DNA of 64,000 nucleotides. Source: a bacterium (GTDB lineage: Bacteria > Patescibacteriota > Minisyncoccia > Phycocordibacterales > UBA12088). Position 1 is the stretch's first letter. Each line of letters begins with the position of its first letter. The stretch lies in NCBI GenBank assembly GCA_003252295.1, contig QKEV01000007.1, forward strand, positions 80,139 through 144,138, given 5' to 3'. The notes beneath the pieces are model-generated. The model had not been told where the DNA came from and searched no databases. It saw nothing but the letters and a program-made list of their open reading frames with translations. Both the position numbers and the translations under genes were made by a program. Positions 48,914-61,384 of the stretch are shown here, piece by piece.

Positions 48914-50683
48914 ATGGATACAAAACTTTACAACATTCGTCACACTCTCTCACACCTCCTTGCTGCTGCAGTACTTGAAATATATCCCGAAGCAAAACCA
49001 ACACTCGGACCTCCGGTTGATAACGGTTTCTACTATGATTTTGATTTTGGCAACGGAGAGAAACCAACACCAAAAGAGCTTGGTCGCATAGAACAGAAAA
49101 TGCGAGAGTTTTTGAAGACTTGGGAGGCAGTATCAGCTGAAGAGGTGAGTAAAGATGACGCATTGTCATTCTTTGAAAAAAATCCATACAAAACAGAGCT
49201 CATTAACGAAATTGCAGAGAAAAAAACACCTATCACCTTTTATCATTCTGGACCTACAGGGGTCACGGCTGAGAACGCACTCTTTACTGATCTATGTGAA
49301 GGAGGTCATGTCGATGCACCAAAGAACGAACTAAGGAATGTAGGTTTTAAACTTGACCGTATTGCTGGTGCCTACTGGAGAGGTGATGAAAAGAACACTA
49401 TGCTCACTCGTATTTACGGACTTGCGTTTGAGACAAAGGAGCAACTTGCTGAGTACGAACACAGTATTGAGGAAGCAAAGAAACGGGACCACCGAAAGCT
49501 CGGTAAGGACCTTGACCTCTTTACCTTCTCTGACCTTGTAGGACCCGGACTTCCACTCTGGACACCACAAGGCACTATACTTCGACATGAACTTGATACG
49601 TTTGTATGGGAGCTTAGACAAAAACACGATTATAGCAGGGTTACTATTCCACACATCACAAAGAAGGATCTTTACCAAACAAGTGGTCACTGGGACAAGT
49701 TTTCAGACGAGCTCTTTAAAGTAATGACCCGTGAAGGTAAGGAATATGCTCTAAAGCCAATGAATTGCCCTCACCACACACAAATCTTTGCTCGTCGTCC
49801 ACACAGCTACAAAGAAATGCCACAACGTTATGCGGAAACTACTATGGTGTATCGTGATGAACAATCAGGTGAGCTTGGTGGTCTCACACGTGTACTCTCT
49901 ATTACACAAGATGATAGTCACGTATTTTGCCGTCGCTCACAGATTAAAGACGAGTTTTATAGAATATGGGACATTGTTGACACACTCTACAGTACCTTTG
50001 ATTTTAAACTGAGAGTTCGACTCTCATTCCATGATCCAGAGCAAATGGAGAAATACCTTGGCGATGAAGCAATATGGAAAGAAGCAGAGGAAGCACTCAC
50101 TGAGATAGCACAGGAACGAAATGCTGATTACTTTGAGGGTGTTGGCGAAGCCGCTATGTATGGACCAAAGCTTGATTTTGTCGCAAAGGACTCACTTGGT
50201 CGAGAACATCAGGTTGCAACTATTCAACTCGACTTTAACCTTCCTGAGCGTTTTGATCTCACCTGTATCAATGAAGCAGGAGAAAAAGAACGCATCGTTA
50301 TGGTACATGCCGCTATTATGGGATCAATAGAACGGTTTACCGCTGTACTCATTGAACACCTTGAAGGTAACTTCCCTCTCTGGCTTGCACCAACACAAAT
50401 CAGAATTCTTCCTATTGCCAAAAACCACAATGAGTATGCACAGAAAGCTTTTGATGCATTCAAAGCAGCAGGTGTTCGAGTTGAACTTGATGGCACCTCA
50501 GAATCATTTGGCAAAAAGGTACGTCGAGCAAAGACCGATAAAATACCGTACTTCATATGTATTGGTGATAAAGAAATCGAGGCTGAAACACTCAAGCTGG
50601 AAAACAGAAAAGGTGAAGCTATTGAGAAACCTTTCACAGAAGCTATCACTTTTGTAACTGAGCAGATCAAGAATCGCACATAA
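48914..50683 (+). CDS. thrS: Threonyl-tRNA synthetase (no TGS domain)
   Basis: RHTLSH, DLCEGGH, RDHRKLG, KPMNCP. Confidence 0.98.
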   Translation: MDTKLYNIRHTLSHLLAAAVLEIYPEAKPTLGPPVDNGFYYDFDFGNGEKPTPKELGRIEQKMREFLKTWEAVSAEEVSKDDALSFFEKNPYKTELINEIAEKKTPITFYHSGPTGVTAENALFTDLCEGGHVDAPKNELRNVGFKLDRIAGAYWRGDEKNTMLTRIYGLAFETKEQLAEYEHSIEEAKKRDHRKLGKDLDLFTFSDLVGPGLPLWTPQGTILRHELDTFVWELRQKHDYSRVTIPHITKKDLYQTSGHWDKFSDELFKVMTREGKEYALKPMNCPHHTQIFARRPHSYKEMPQRYAETTMVYRDEQSGELGGLTRVLSITQDDSHVFCRRSQIKDEFYRIWDIVDTLYSTFDFKLRVRLSFHDPEQMEKYLGDEAIWKEAEEALTEIAQERNADYFEGVGEAAMYGPKLDFVAKDSLGREHQVATIQLDFNLPERFDLTCINEAGEKERIVMVHAAIMGSIERFTAVLIEHLEGNFPLWLAPTQIRILPIAKNHNEYAQKAFDAFKAAGVRVELDGTSESFGKKVRRAKTDKIPYFICIGDKEIEAETLKLENRKGEAIEKPFTEAITFVTEQIKNRT

Positions 50684-50700
50684 AAAAAATCAATGTACAA

Positions 50701-50733
50701 AAAAAATACACCGCTCATGGCGGTGTATTTTTT
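50701..50733. terminator. Bidirectional terminator
   Basis: AAAAAATACACCGC-TCATG-GCGGTGTATTTTTT. Confidence 0.8.
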
Positions 50734-50750
50734 AAGTTCCGTAAATGTGA

Positions 50751-53246
50751 TTATTTTGAATCAAAGTGCTCGAATGCTTTTGCAAGAGCAATCTTTGTGC
50801 CGATACGATTACTTGAGTAGCTGTAGTCAATACACTCCACGAGAATACCCAGTACCTTTTCAAAATCCTCATTAGACCAAGATGCTGTCTTGTACACGAG
50901 GTCCTCGTTAGGTGTACGATTCCCCTCAATACGATCCTTGTATACCTCATCAAGTTCTCGAACCACGAGCGTGATGAAAGCAGCCACATCAACACCGCGT
51001 GTTGTAATGCTGCGCATAAGATCGAACGCCTCCTTCTTTTTTACGAGTACGAGGTAGTCGAGGAATGCTGCCACAAGATTTTGTGACGGCGATCCATTAT
51101 TGTTTTTCTTTGGAGCTCTCTCTGCCTGCTCACGGTGAGCAGGTGCTTGAGGTCGCGGCATATCTGCAACAGGTTGGCTAGTACCATTTCTATGGGTAAG
51201 TGTTTCCTTCATTGCCTTTGGTTCAACACGAAATGGTCGTTGTACCTCCTCTTCCTCAGCGTCTTCTGTTCGAGCAGTAGCCTGTGCAACTGGTTCGGTA
51301 TTTGCTACAGAAACTTGTGCCTCAGCAGTACCCTGTTCAGAAAGAAGTAGCTCAGCACGCTCTTTTGAGAGCAGTATCCAACCATCTTCACGTGGATACT
51401 CAGCCTTAGCTTTCTCAATAAGGTGCGACATAAATGTAGCAACACCCTCTCCAGATGCTATAAGTGTAGCTTGAATAAGTCGGAACGCTTCTGGTGAAAG
51501 AAGAATATTCTCACCATGTGACATTTCCTCAATCTCTGATGGTTCATGACTATTCTGGGAGATAGCCGTTGCACTCACATGTGTGACCTGACTTGCAACC
51601 GGCGCCATCATCTCAACAACACGCGTCCCTTTATCTTGTTCATTTTCAGTATGAGCAAAGACCATACGAATACGCTCTGCCACCTGATAACGTGTCGCAA
51701 AGTAAGCAATAAGTACACTCAACGCAAAGACTCCAGTCCAAAACGTTACCGTTAGAAGCGGTCCCGCCTCAAAACCAGTGTATGGTACCTGATCAAGCGT
51801 AATAGTTCCTCCAGACTTTGTTATAGTTTTACCAAGAATGATGGTTGGATTTGGATCATTGTCGTCGTCATCATCGTCATCATCATCGTCACAATTTAAA
51901 CAACTACCTCCTCCTGTCTTAACAGCAACCGTTGCTGAACAGGTAACTGAGTTACCATCAGCATCAGTAAAGGTTCCTGTATAGGTTGTCTTGTCGTTAA
52001 CAATAACGCTCTTGTTCCCATTCAAAGCAACAGAACCTATACCGTTATCGATCACCGCTGTTACGGCTTCATCACTCGTCCAAGTGATCACAGAGGTGTA
52101 TCCCTTGGTATCTTTTGTTGGTGAAGCACTCATCGTACAAGCAAGTTCCGGCTCGTCCGTATGGTGTCGTACCGTCAATGTTGCCTCACAGGTAAGTGGA
52201 TCACTTCCGTCCGTTGTGTAGAACGTTCCTACGTATGTTGTCGTAGTTGCTGGTGATACCAAACTGGAACCAAGGACATCCAAACCTGTACCGATCTCTG
52301 TAATATCTACAGACGATACAAGGTAACTGTCCCAGCTAATGGTTGAGCTGTCACCATCATATATACTTGTTGGATCTGCACTTAGTTCACACCATGGTTC
52401 ATCCGGTTCCTCTTGTCGTTCAAAAGCAACACAGATAGGTACAACTGAGTTTGGTGAAGAGTTATCCGGGTACACGTGATGTACCACTGCAACTGCAGTT
52501 CCATCTTCAGTAAGCGTAAATGCATCAGTAAAGGTGTCCTTCTCCATTGTCTCAACAACAAAGTCATCAAGCTCGGTTGTAGGACCAACAGATGCTAGTA
52601 CGTCACCGTTCCCGTCACGCACCTCTGTGTCCCATTTTTCATTGAACTGCTCAGAGTATATACGATCAGCATACCCATCCCATGATGCAGTGTATACATT
52701 ATATGTACCTGCTAGTAGGGCTGTATTTGAAACAAGCTCGTAAGGACCGGCACCGTTTGAGAAAAGTGTCGTGTCCCAGTTCTTATCACCGGCACTGTTG
52801 AACTCAACAACAATCGTGTCATCAGAAGCGGTAAACGGGCATGCAGGCACCTTTGGCTCCTCTGGAGGACGTACGGTAACCGTTGCTGAACATTCGTAGT
52901 AGTCAGAGGTGCTCGCCATTGTTGCACGTGCTATGTACGTCGTTGTCTCAGTTGGCGAGACGCTAGTGGAACCTGTAAGACCTGGCCATTCCTCACCTGG
53001 TAGCTGATCAATCGTTACCGTGATAGTGTCAGGATCATCTTCAGGACCCTCAAAAAATTGCCATGCAAGTGTTGATGACTCACCCTGATCGATCACCTCG
53101 GGTGTTGCTGTCATGTCAACACAGTGCCATGCAAGCACACTACTTGGTGCTACCGCTAGCACTCCAAAGAATGCCGCTACGGCCACCATGTATACTGCGC
53201 TCTGTTTTATGTATGCAACCATGATACTTTTTTTATAATTATTCAT
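50751..53246 (-). CDS. Ig/PKD-repeat surface protein with internal VPYTG motif, TM and long cytoplasmic tail
   Basis: Signal peptide, three C..SA.P..I..G.S....W repeats, CxxC-polyAsp, VPYTG (51774-51788), TM, ~315-aa tail. Confidence 0.8.
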   Translation of the reverse strand: MNNYKKSIMVAYIKQSAVYMVAVAAFFGVLAVAPSSVLAWHCVDMTATPEVIDQGESSTLAWQFFEGPEDDPDTITVTIDQLPGEEWPGLTGSTSVSPTETTTYIARATMASTSDYYECSATVTVRPPEEPKVPACPFTASDDTIVVEFNSAGDKNWDTTLFSNGAGPYELVSNTALLAGTYNVYTASWDGYADRIYSEQFNEKWDTEVRDGNGDVLASVGPTTELDDFVVETMEKDTFTDAFTLTEDGTAVAVVHHVYPDNSSPNSVVPICVAFERQEEPDEPWCELSADPTSIYDGDSSTISWDSYLVSSVDITEIGTGLDVLGSSLVSPATTTTYVGTFYTTDGSDPLTCEATLTVRHHTDEPELACTMSASPTKDTKGYTSVITWTSDEAVTAVIDNGIGSVALNGNKSVIVNDKTTYTGTFTDADGNSVTCSATVAVKTGGGSCLNCDDDDDDDDDDNDPNPTIILGKTITKSGGTITLDQVPYTGFEAGPLLTVTFWTGVFALSVLIAYFATRYQVAERIRMVFAHTENEQDKGTRVVEMMAPVASQVTHVSATAISQNSHEPSEIEEMSHGENILLSPEAFRLIQATLIASGEGVATFMSHLIEKAKAEYPREDGWILLSKERAELLLSEQGTAEAQVSVANTEPVAQATARTEDAEEEEVQRPFRVEPKAMKETLTHRNGTSQPVADMPRPQAPAHREQAERAPKKNNNGSPSQNLVAAFLDYLVLVKKKEAFDLMRSITTRGVDVAAFITLVVRELDEVYKDRIEGNRTPNEDLVYKTASWSNEDFEKVLGILVECIDYSYSSNRIGTKIALAKAFEHFDSK

Positions 53247-53278
53247 CGATATAACTTGTAAACTGCTATTAGCTCAAA

Positions 53279-54037
53279 CTAAAGTGCATATTTTGATACT
53301 AATGTTGCGATCACTACCCATCGCTCCTCTTTCGCGCCAAAATTATTGCACGTTACGAGCGTTAGTGATGGCTCACTAGCATCAAAAGATACCTCAGCGT
53401 CACCAGCATCTGAAAGGAACACTTCATTTACTGAGTACACGTACCTGTGTGTAGCAGAGTACACATCGATCGTGTCACCCACACTGAGCTTGTTGAGTTC
53501 ATTGAAGGCCTTGTACGCCTTGTTGTAAACAACAGGTAAATGACTTGAGTGTCCAAATATGAGTACATTTGCATTTTGACCAAGCATTCCTGATCCAGGA
53601 TAGTACACAGCACCACTCAAGAGTGCCGTATCAAGTGAAGCAATGTCTGCTTCTTCTGGAGCAAGTACAACAGTATCAATACCAACATCGGTAGCTACTA
53701 TACGCACCGGCAGCTCGGTTTCAGAAGAATAGACAACGTTTCCCGCAACAGTTGTTGCAGTACTATCAGACGCACCGTCAGTAGCAAGTACCACAGCACC
53801 CACAGTGGATACTGTTTCTACTACTTCATTATTTACGACGAGAGTATCTTCTACAGGAGAAGATACCGTAATGGTTGCTTCTGGGTCGCCTTCAGCGCGA
53901 ATTGTCAGCTCGGGAACAAAGTCGATAGCAAATAGAAAAGTGGCAAATAACACAAAAATGCCAAAGGTCTGAAGGTAAAACACCTTGTAACCAGTAGCAA
54001 CTCCATGTGTATTCTTTTGTGTATTTTGCGCTTCCAT
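53279..54037 (-). CDS. Sortase
   Basis: N-terminal TM, GHSS (His), LTLVTC (Cys), downstream Arg. Confidence 0.92.
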   Translation of the reverse strand: MEAQNTQKNTHGVATGYKVFYLQTFGIFVLFATFLFAIDFVPELTIRAEGDPEATITVSSPVEDTLVVNNEVVETVSTVGAVVLATDGASDSTATTVAGNVVYSSETELPVRIVATDVGIDTVVLAPEEADIASLDTALLSGAVYYPGSGMLGQNANVLIFGHSSHLPVVYNKAYKAFNELNKLSVGDTIDVYSATHRYVYSVNEVFLSDAGDAEVSFDASEPSLTLVTCNNFGAKEERWVVIATLVSKYAL

Positions 54038-54107
54038 GTCCTAACGGTTATCACAGCACTACACGTAAAAAATGTGGAGTAATCCTGTGAAAACTATATA
54101 AATTTTT

Positions 54108-54854
54108 TTACTTTGTGTCAATAGTACTAAAACCTGTCCCGTGTACCAACTCAGCGTACAAGATTGAGAGAACTTCGCCAAGTGCACCACGTTTCTTTAC
54201 TACGGAATTTTGTGCTGTGTTACGCATTGACCTTACGGTATAGGTTATCGGAATCCTTCGAATAATAGGCGTATATGCAACTTCTAGTTTAGTAACGGAG
54301 ACCCTTTCCTGCATTTTGCGTGCTTCCAAACGTAACGTATGTAATTCAAGTCGTTCCATTCTCTCTGCATTCTGCATGGCACAACGTTCGCGAAACTCTG
54401 TCACACGTTCACCTGTGTACATTTTTAAGTCTTGGTACGCATTGCCCAAAAATGCATCCAATTCAAGCATGAACTGTACACCCTTTGTGCCAATCATCTT
54501 AAACACTGCAACCCCACGTGAGGTATACTTCTTACACTGCTTACCTAACTTTGCATAATCAACGATCGTCGCTTCCGCACCAGCACTCCTGTAACTTCTA
54601 GGAAGTATTGCACCATTTCTGTAAATACGCGCAAAAGCAACATCCTCATCAACAACATTTCCAGATGTGTTATCAAGATCGATGTGCGTGAACTGATTTA
54701 CCACTGAAGCACTGTGATAGGAATACTTATCTACCTTGCTGGTGAGTGAATCAATAATGAGCTGCGTTTCTCGCATTGGGTTTTGTATTTCAAAGGAATT
54801 TTGAAAATTAGTGACTGCTGTAGCCATATTTTTTATCACATGAATAAAGCTCAT
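54108..54854 (-). CDS. Hypothetical protein
   Basis: 248-aa ORF; start may be 54827; AT-rich promoter region upstream. Confidence 0.55.
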   Translation of the reverse strand: MSFIHVIKNMATAVTNFQNSFEIQNPMRETQLIIDSLTSKVDKYSYHSASVVNQFTHIDLDNTSGNVVDEDVAFARIYRNGAILPRSYRSAGAEATIVDYAKLGKQCKKYTSRGVAVFKMIGTKGVQFMLELDAFLGNAYQDLKMYTGERVTEFRERCAMQNAERMERLELHTLRLEARKMQERVSVTKLEVAYTPIIRRIPITYTVRSMRNTAQNSVVKKRGALGEVLSILYAELVHGTGFSTIDTK

Positions 54855-55044
54855 GTATATACCCTTATATTACAATATATTTATATATATGTCAAGTTTC
54901 TGCACTTGTTTCTATTGACATATAAAGTTAAATATGATATTTATATGGTATATTACCAAATATTTTTGGTGCCCCCTGTTCATTAACAAACAGTATGAAA
55001 ATTGCTTCATATTGCTTGTTGACTTGTGGTACCAATATAAAATT

Positions 55045-56124
55045 ATGAATGATTCCAATACACAACGAAGTGAAAAGATAGCAGCAAAAATTTTACGTGT
55101 ACTTGCTGTTATTGGTCTTGTTGCAGTTCTTGCACTCGCTTCATGGGTTATAGTTCGTGGTACTCAATCAGTTCCAGCGGTACGTGAAAGTATGAGCGCA
55201 GCAGTCACTGCGATACAGAGTATCTTTACAAGTGCTCCGGAAGAATCTCTTATCTTTGAACTTGAAGAGAGAACAGTTCCAGTCGGTAAAAAAACTACCC
55301 TTGCATGGAACTACACCGGTGAGACAATGCCAGAATCATACTTGTTTAGCTATACTTGTGGCACAGCTGCTGAACTCACCATGGTTGATAATGAAGGTTG
55401 GCACCTTCTCACATGCGGGGAAAAATACAAGACTAGCGATCAGAGTATTACCGTAACAGCAGCAAACACCAAGACACGTTTTGCAGACCTTGAACTCATG
55501 GTTGCAGCAAATGAACTTACAGACACAACAGTTATCAGTATTGTTAACACTGATATTACTGCAGACACAGAAAGCACAGATACTGCTACAGCTTCTTCAA
55601 ACACCACAACAGAAACGGTAGCAAGTAATACAAACACAAACACTGTACCAACAACTGCTGCACCTATCGCAGTTACTACCCCTACTCAGGGCCAGTCAAC
55701 CCAAACAGTAATACAGCGCACGACAGTACCAGTCTACACTGGACCAGCAGACCTTGTGGTAAATATTGAAGAGACTGGTGTCATTCTTGATGTTGATGGT
55801 GAGGACACTTTTTTCCCTGTTGATGAAATACCTACAGACAAAGTTGCTGGAGTTGTCTTTACTGTTACCAACCGTGGTGGTGAGACATCTGAAATATGGA
55901 CATTTGACGCAACACTACCTATCGAAGGTGATGATGAGTACGAGTACACTTCACCAAAGCAAATGCCACTTGCATCAGGTATGGAGATTAGGTTTACACT
56001 CGGCTTCGATGAACTACTCGAAGAAAATGATGGAAAGATTACTATCGAACTTGACCCAAACAATGATGACGATAAAACATCTAATAACGAAGACTCCGTT
56101 GTTATTGATATAGATGTTAAGTAA
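55045..56124 (+). CDS. Membrane-anchored protein with Thr-rich linker and CARDB-like domain
   Basis: TM, PADLVV...FTVTNRGG...DP.N...SNN pattern. Confidence 0.7.
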   Translation: MNDSNTQRSEKIAAKILRVLAVIGLVAVLALASWVIVRGTQSVPAVRESMSAAVTAIQSIFTSAPEESLIFELEERTVPVGKKTTLAWNYTGETMPESYLFSYTCGTAAELTMVDNEGWHLLTCGEKYKTSDQSITVTAANTKTRFADLELMVAANELTDTTVISIVNTDITADTESTDTATASSNTTTETVASNTNTNTVPTTAAPIAVTTPTQGQSTQTVIQRTTVPVYTGPADLVVNIEETGVILDVDGEDTFFPVDEIPTDKVAGVVFTVTNRGGETSEIWTFDATLPIEGDDEYEYTSPKQMPLASGMEIRFTLGFDELLEENDGKITIELDPNNDDDKTSNNEDSVVIDIDVK

Positions 56125-56140
56125 AAGGAATCACACACGC

Positions 56141-56175
56141 AAAACAAAAGCGACCAGAACGGTCGCTTTTGTTTT
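56141..56175. terminator. Bidirectional terminator
   Basis: AAAACAAAAGCGACC-AGAAC-GGTCGCTTTTGTTTT. Confidence 0.8.
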
Positions 56176-56198
56176 TTTAGATAGAATAAAATACAGTG

Positions 56199-58358
<2,160 letters not shown>

Positions 58359-58469
58359 TTAAGCTGTATTTATGGTCAAAATACTAAGTTTATTGCTTGT
58401 TTATACTATATAAAAAATTGACACATTTCAAAAGTATTATATTATTTAACAAGGCATCAAAAAAAATTT

Positions 58470-58631
58470 TTGAAACTCAAGGGGGGAGCTGACCAGTGTT
58501 TTTGTCACAGCGTAGAATCAGGTGAAGATCCCATAGGCGACTCAATACGACGCATCAAGGGCACTTCTGGATCATGTGGTGATAGTGCCACATTTACCTA
58601 CATGAAGGAAAATGGTTGGTTTCAAGATTAA
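58470..58631 (+). CDS. Possible 53-aa small protein (or sRNA) in its own transcription unit
   Basis: TTGACA-16-TATTAT upstream; terminator at ~58640-58675. Confidence 0.3.
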   Translation: MKLKGGADQCFCHSVESGEDPIGDSIRRIKGTSGSCGDSATFTYMKENGWFQD

Positions 58632-58706
58632 CCCACATCAAGACCTGTCTGCTATCATAGCGGCAGGTCTTTTTTAATGCACACCTATATGAAGACACGA
58701 CCACCC

Positions 58707-60623
58707 TTACCGAACCTCCCAACCTTTCTTTCTGTTGAGCGTATTGGTGACATCCTCCATGATAGCACCAATTTCAACATCGGTAAGTGTCTTTTCTTTT
58801 GATTGGAACACTAGGTGCCATGCATACGAGACCTTCCCATCTTTTTCATACTCATCGAACTGATCATATCGCACCAAGAGCCCTGTTCCCTTTCTGATAA
58901 CCTCAGAGAGCACTTCTTCCGGCTTCACCTCACTTGGTACCCATACCGCTATATCACGCAGTACGTATGGGTATGGTGACCACATTTCAAAACGTGCTTC
59001 AGTATCCCACTGATGTCCAACCCCATACAGTTCTGGCACCTCAAGCGAACTGAGCACACCCTCAAGAGAGATCTCAAGTACACCATCCTCCACCTGCAAT
59101 TTTGGCTGCACTTGAAGAGACTTCATAAGCTCAGTTACGTCCTCTTGCATTGCAGTATCAAGCTTGCTCTGCTTTCCTATAAGCGCCTTTACACCAACAG
59201 CAAGATGCAGCTCTTCACCTTTACTCGTAAATACCGTTCCAACTTCAAAGAGTTTTACTGCATCAAGTGCAAGGAGCGGTGCATTCTGCGTATTGAGTTC
59301 AAGCGCCTGTGTCATACCTGTACGCAATGAAGCACGCATGAAGGATTTGTCAGAAGTAAAAGGGTTAGCTAACTCCACCTCACCTCTATCAAGCATGGTA
59401 TAGGTGAGCACTTCAGAGTAGCCATGCTCTGCAAAGAACTGCTGTATCAGAGTACTTAGGTACAAGTTTTTATTGACCGGTGGTTTTGCTTCAGGTACTT
59501 CGGGCAGTTTTGAAACAATGTTTGCGTAACCATACATGCGCCCGATCTCTTCTATGACAGCTTCTTTGGTGGTGAGATCAGTTCTCTCCCATGGACTCGT
59601 GACTGCAAACTCTTCACCATCAAGTGAGAACTCCCATTCAAAACGAACCAGTATTCCCTCAATATCCTCCTGTGATAGCTCTAAACCAAGCAAGGTGTTT
59701 ATCTCAGTAATGGTCACATCAATCGGGGTGTTCTCAACAACATGTTCATACCCATCTACAACCCCGACAACCTTCCCATTTGCAATATCCTCAATGAGTG
59801 TAAGTACCTCACGCATTGCAAAAGCAGGTAGCTGCACTGGCACCTCATTCTGATAACGAAGGGATGCGTCAGTGTGGAGTTTGATTCTGTTTGATGTTTT
59901 ACGGACTGTTACAGGATCAAAGGTGGCAACCTCTACAACAATGTCTGTCGTCTTTACAGTTACCTCTGCTTGCTTACCACCCTTTATTCCCGCAAGTGCT
60001 AAGGGTATATCGGAAACACCGTCAACAATAAGCTGATCTTTTTCGGTGAGCACGTAGCTATCATTGGTAAGCGTTGTTATCTCCTCTTCATCTTTTGCTA
60101 AACGAACAGCAATTCCCTTTTTACCATCTGCATCTGCTGTGAGTAGATCCATATCAAAAGCATGAATTGGTTGCCCCAGAGAGAACATGACAAAGTTGGT
60201 AGCATCAACTACATTGTTTATTGATTTTTGACCAATGGTTTCTAGGAACGTTTTGAGCCACTCAGGAGATGCACCAATTTCGACACCACGAACAACTCCC
60301 GCCATGTACCGTGAACAGAGATGCTCATCCTCAATCCGGACCTGCACGAGATCTGTACTGTCCCAAACAGGTAAGTTCTCACGTAACGGGTCACGCTTCA
60401 TTGGTACACCCATAATGGTTGCAAGCTCACGAGCAATACCTCGATGTGAGAGACAGTCAGATGACCTGTTTGGAAGCACGTCAACATCAATAACCCAATC
60501 GTCAGCAACCTGTTCAAGTCCTTCTACTTCAAACGCATGACCATTAAAAAGGTCGACGAGTTCTTCTGCTTTCGGCAACTCTTTCTCAAAGTATGTCTGT
60601 AGCCATTTTCTTGAAACCAACAT
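58707..60623 (-). CDS. pheT: Phenylalanyl-tRNA synthetase beta (lacks B2 domain)
   Basis: PNRSSDCLSHRGIARE, INNVVD, QPIHAFD, C-terminal RDIA FDX-ACB. Confidence 0.96.
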   Translation of the reverse strand: MLVSRKWLQTYFEKELPKAEELVDLFNGHAFEVEGLEQVADDWVIDVDVLPNRSSDCLSHRGIARELATIMGVPMKRDPLRENLPVWDSTDLVQVRIEDEHLCSRYMAGVVRGVEIGASPEWLKTFLETIGQKSINNVVDATNFVMFSLGQPIHAFDMDLLTADADGKKGIAVRLAKDEEEITTLTNDSYVLTEKDQLIVDGVSDIPLALAGIKGGKQAEVTVKTTDIVVEVATFDPVTVRKTSNRIKLHTDASLRYQNEVPVQLPAFAMREVLTLIEDIANGKVVGVVDGYEHVVENTPIDVTITEINTLLGLELSQEDIEGILVRFEWEFSLDGEEFAVTSPWERTDLTTKEAVIEEIGRMYGYANIVSKLPEVPEAKPPVNKNLYLSTLIQQFFAEHGYSEVLTYTMLDRGEVELANPFTSDKSFMRASLRTGMTQALELNTQNAPLLALDAVKLFEVGTVFTSKGEELHLAVGVKALIGKQSKLDTAMQEDVTELMKSLQVQPKLQVEDGVLEISLEGVLSSLEVPELYGVGHQWDTEARFEMWSPYPYVLRDIAVWVPSEVKPEEVLSEVIRKGTGLLVRYDQFDEYEKDGKVSYAWHLVFQSKEKTLTDVEIGAIMEDVTNTLNRKKGWEVR

Positions 60624-60628
60624 ATACA

Positions 60629-61336
60629 CTAAACATTAAATTGATGAGTAAAACGTAAATCGCCCGTATGGAAGTACCGAACATCATCAACCTCAGCACC
60701 GATCATAATGAGTCGTTCAAGACCACCACCAAGAGCAAACCCTGAGTACTCTTCGGGATCAACACCACCAGCACGAAGCACGTTTGGATGTATCATACCA
60801 GCACCTAAAACTTCAACCCATTCTTTCGTACCATCTTTTTTGCGGAGGAGCATATCTACCTCAACCCCAGGCTCAACGAAAGGAAAGTAGCCAGGTCGAA
60901 AACGTATCGTAATATCACGCCCATAAAACTCTGAAAAGAAGTGCTCCAGTACACCCTTAAGGTGAGCAAGGGATACTTCCTTATCAATGTACATAGCTTC
61001 AACCTGGTAGAACTGTGCCTCATGTGTCGCATCAGTCGTCTCATTTCTAAACACACGTCCAGCGGTCACCATACGTATCGGCGGAGTATGTTCCTCCATG
61101 TGACGCACTTGCACATTGCTCGTGTGTGTACGCAGTACCGTCTCTTCACGACCCTTTATCCAAAAGGTGTCCTGCATATCACGAGCAGGATGATCACGTG
61201 GCACATTGAGTGCATCAAAGTTGTAGTACTCACTCTCAACAAGTGGTCCATCAACAAACGTAAACCCCAGGTTAGTAAAAATATCTTGTATTCTTGAAAT
61301 TGCTGCTGATATAGGATGTATGTGACCTTTTTTCAT
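60629..61336 (-). CDS. pheS: Phenylalanyl-tRNA synthetase alpha (catalytic core only)
   Basis: HPARDMQDTF, LRTHTS, YFPFVEP. Confidence 0.96.
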   Translation of the reverse strand: MKKGHIHPISAAISRIQDIFTNLGFTFVDGPLVESEYYNFDALNVPRDHPARDMQDTFWIKGREETVLRTHTSNVQVRHMEEHTPPIRMVTAGRVFRNETTDATHEAQFYQVEAMYIDKEVSLAHLKGVLEHFFSEFYGRDITIRFRPGYFPFVEPGVEVDMLLRKKDGTKEWVEVLGAGMIHPNVLRAGGVDPEEYSGFALGGGLERLIMIGAEVDDVRYFHTGDLRFTHQFNV

Positions 61337-61384
61337 ATTTTCGCAGTATACGCCAAAGCTAGGTACTTATAAAGTACCTATACC

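Noticed and set aside
58514-58525. AGAATCAGGTGA identical to the island terminator arm
   Set aside because: Only 12 bp, no partner arm and inside a possible ORF; plausibly chance
58707-61336. Truncated PheS/PheT (also short ThrS, DnaX, RpoB) as pseudogenes
   Set aside because: Catalytic motifs are intact and frames open; consistent with lineage-wide streamlining
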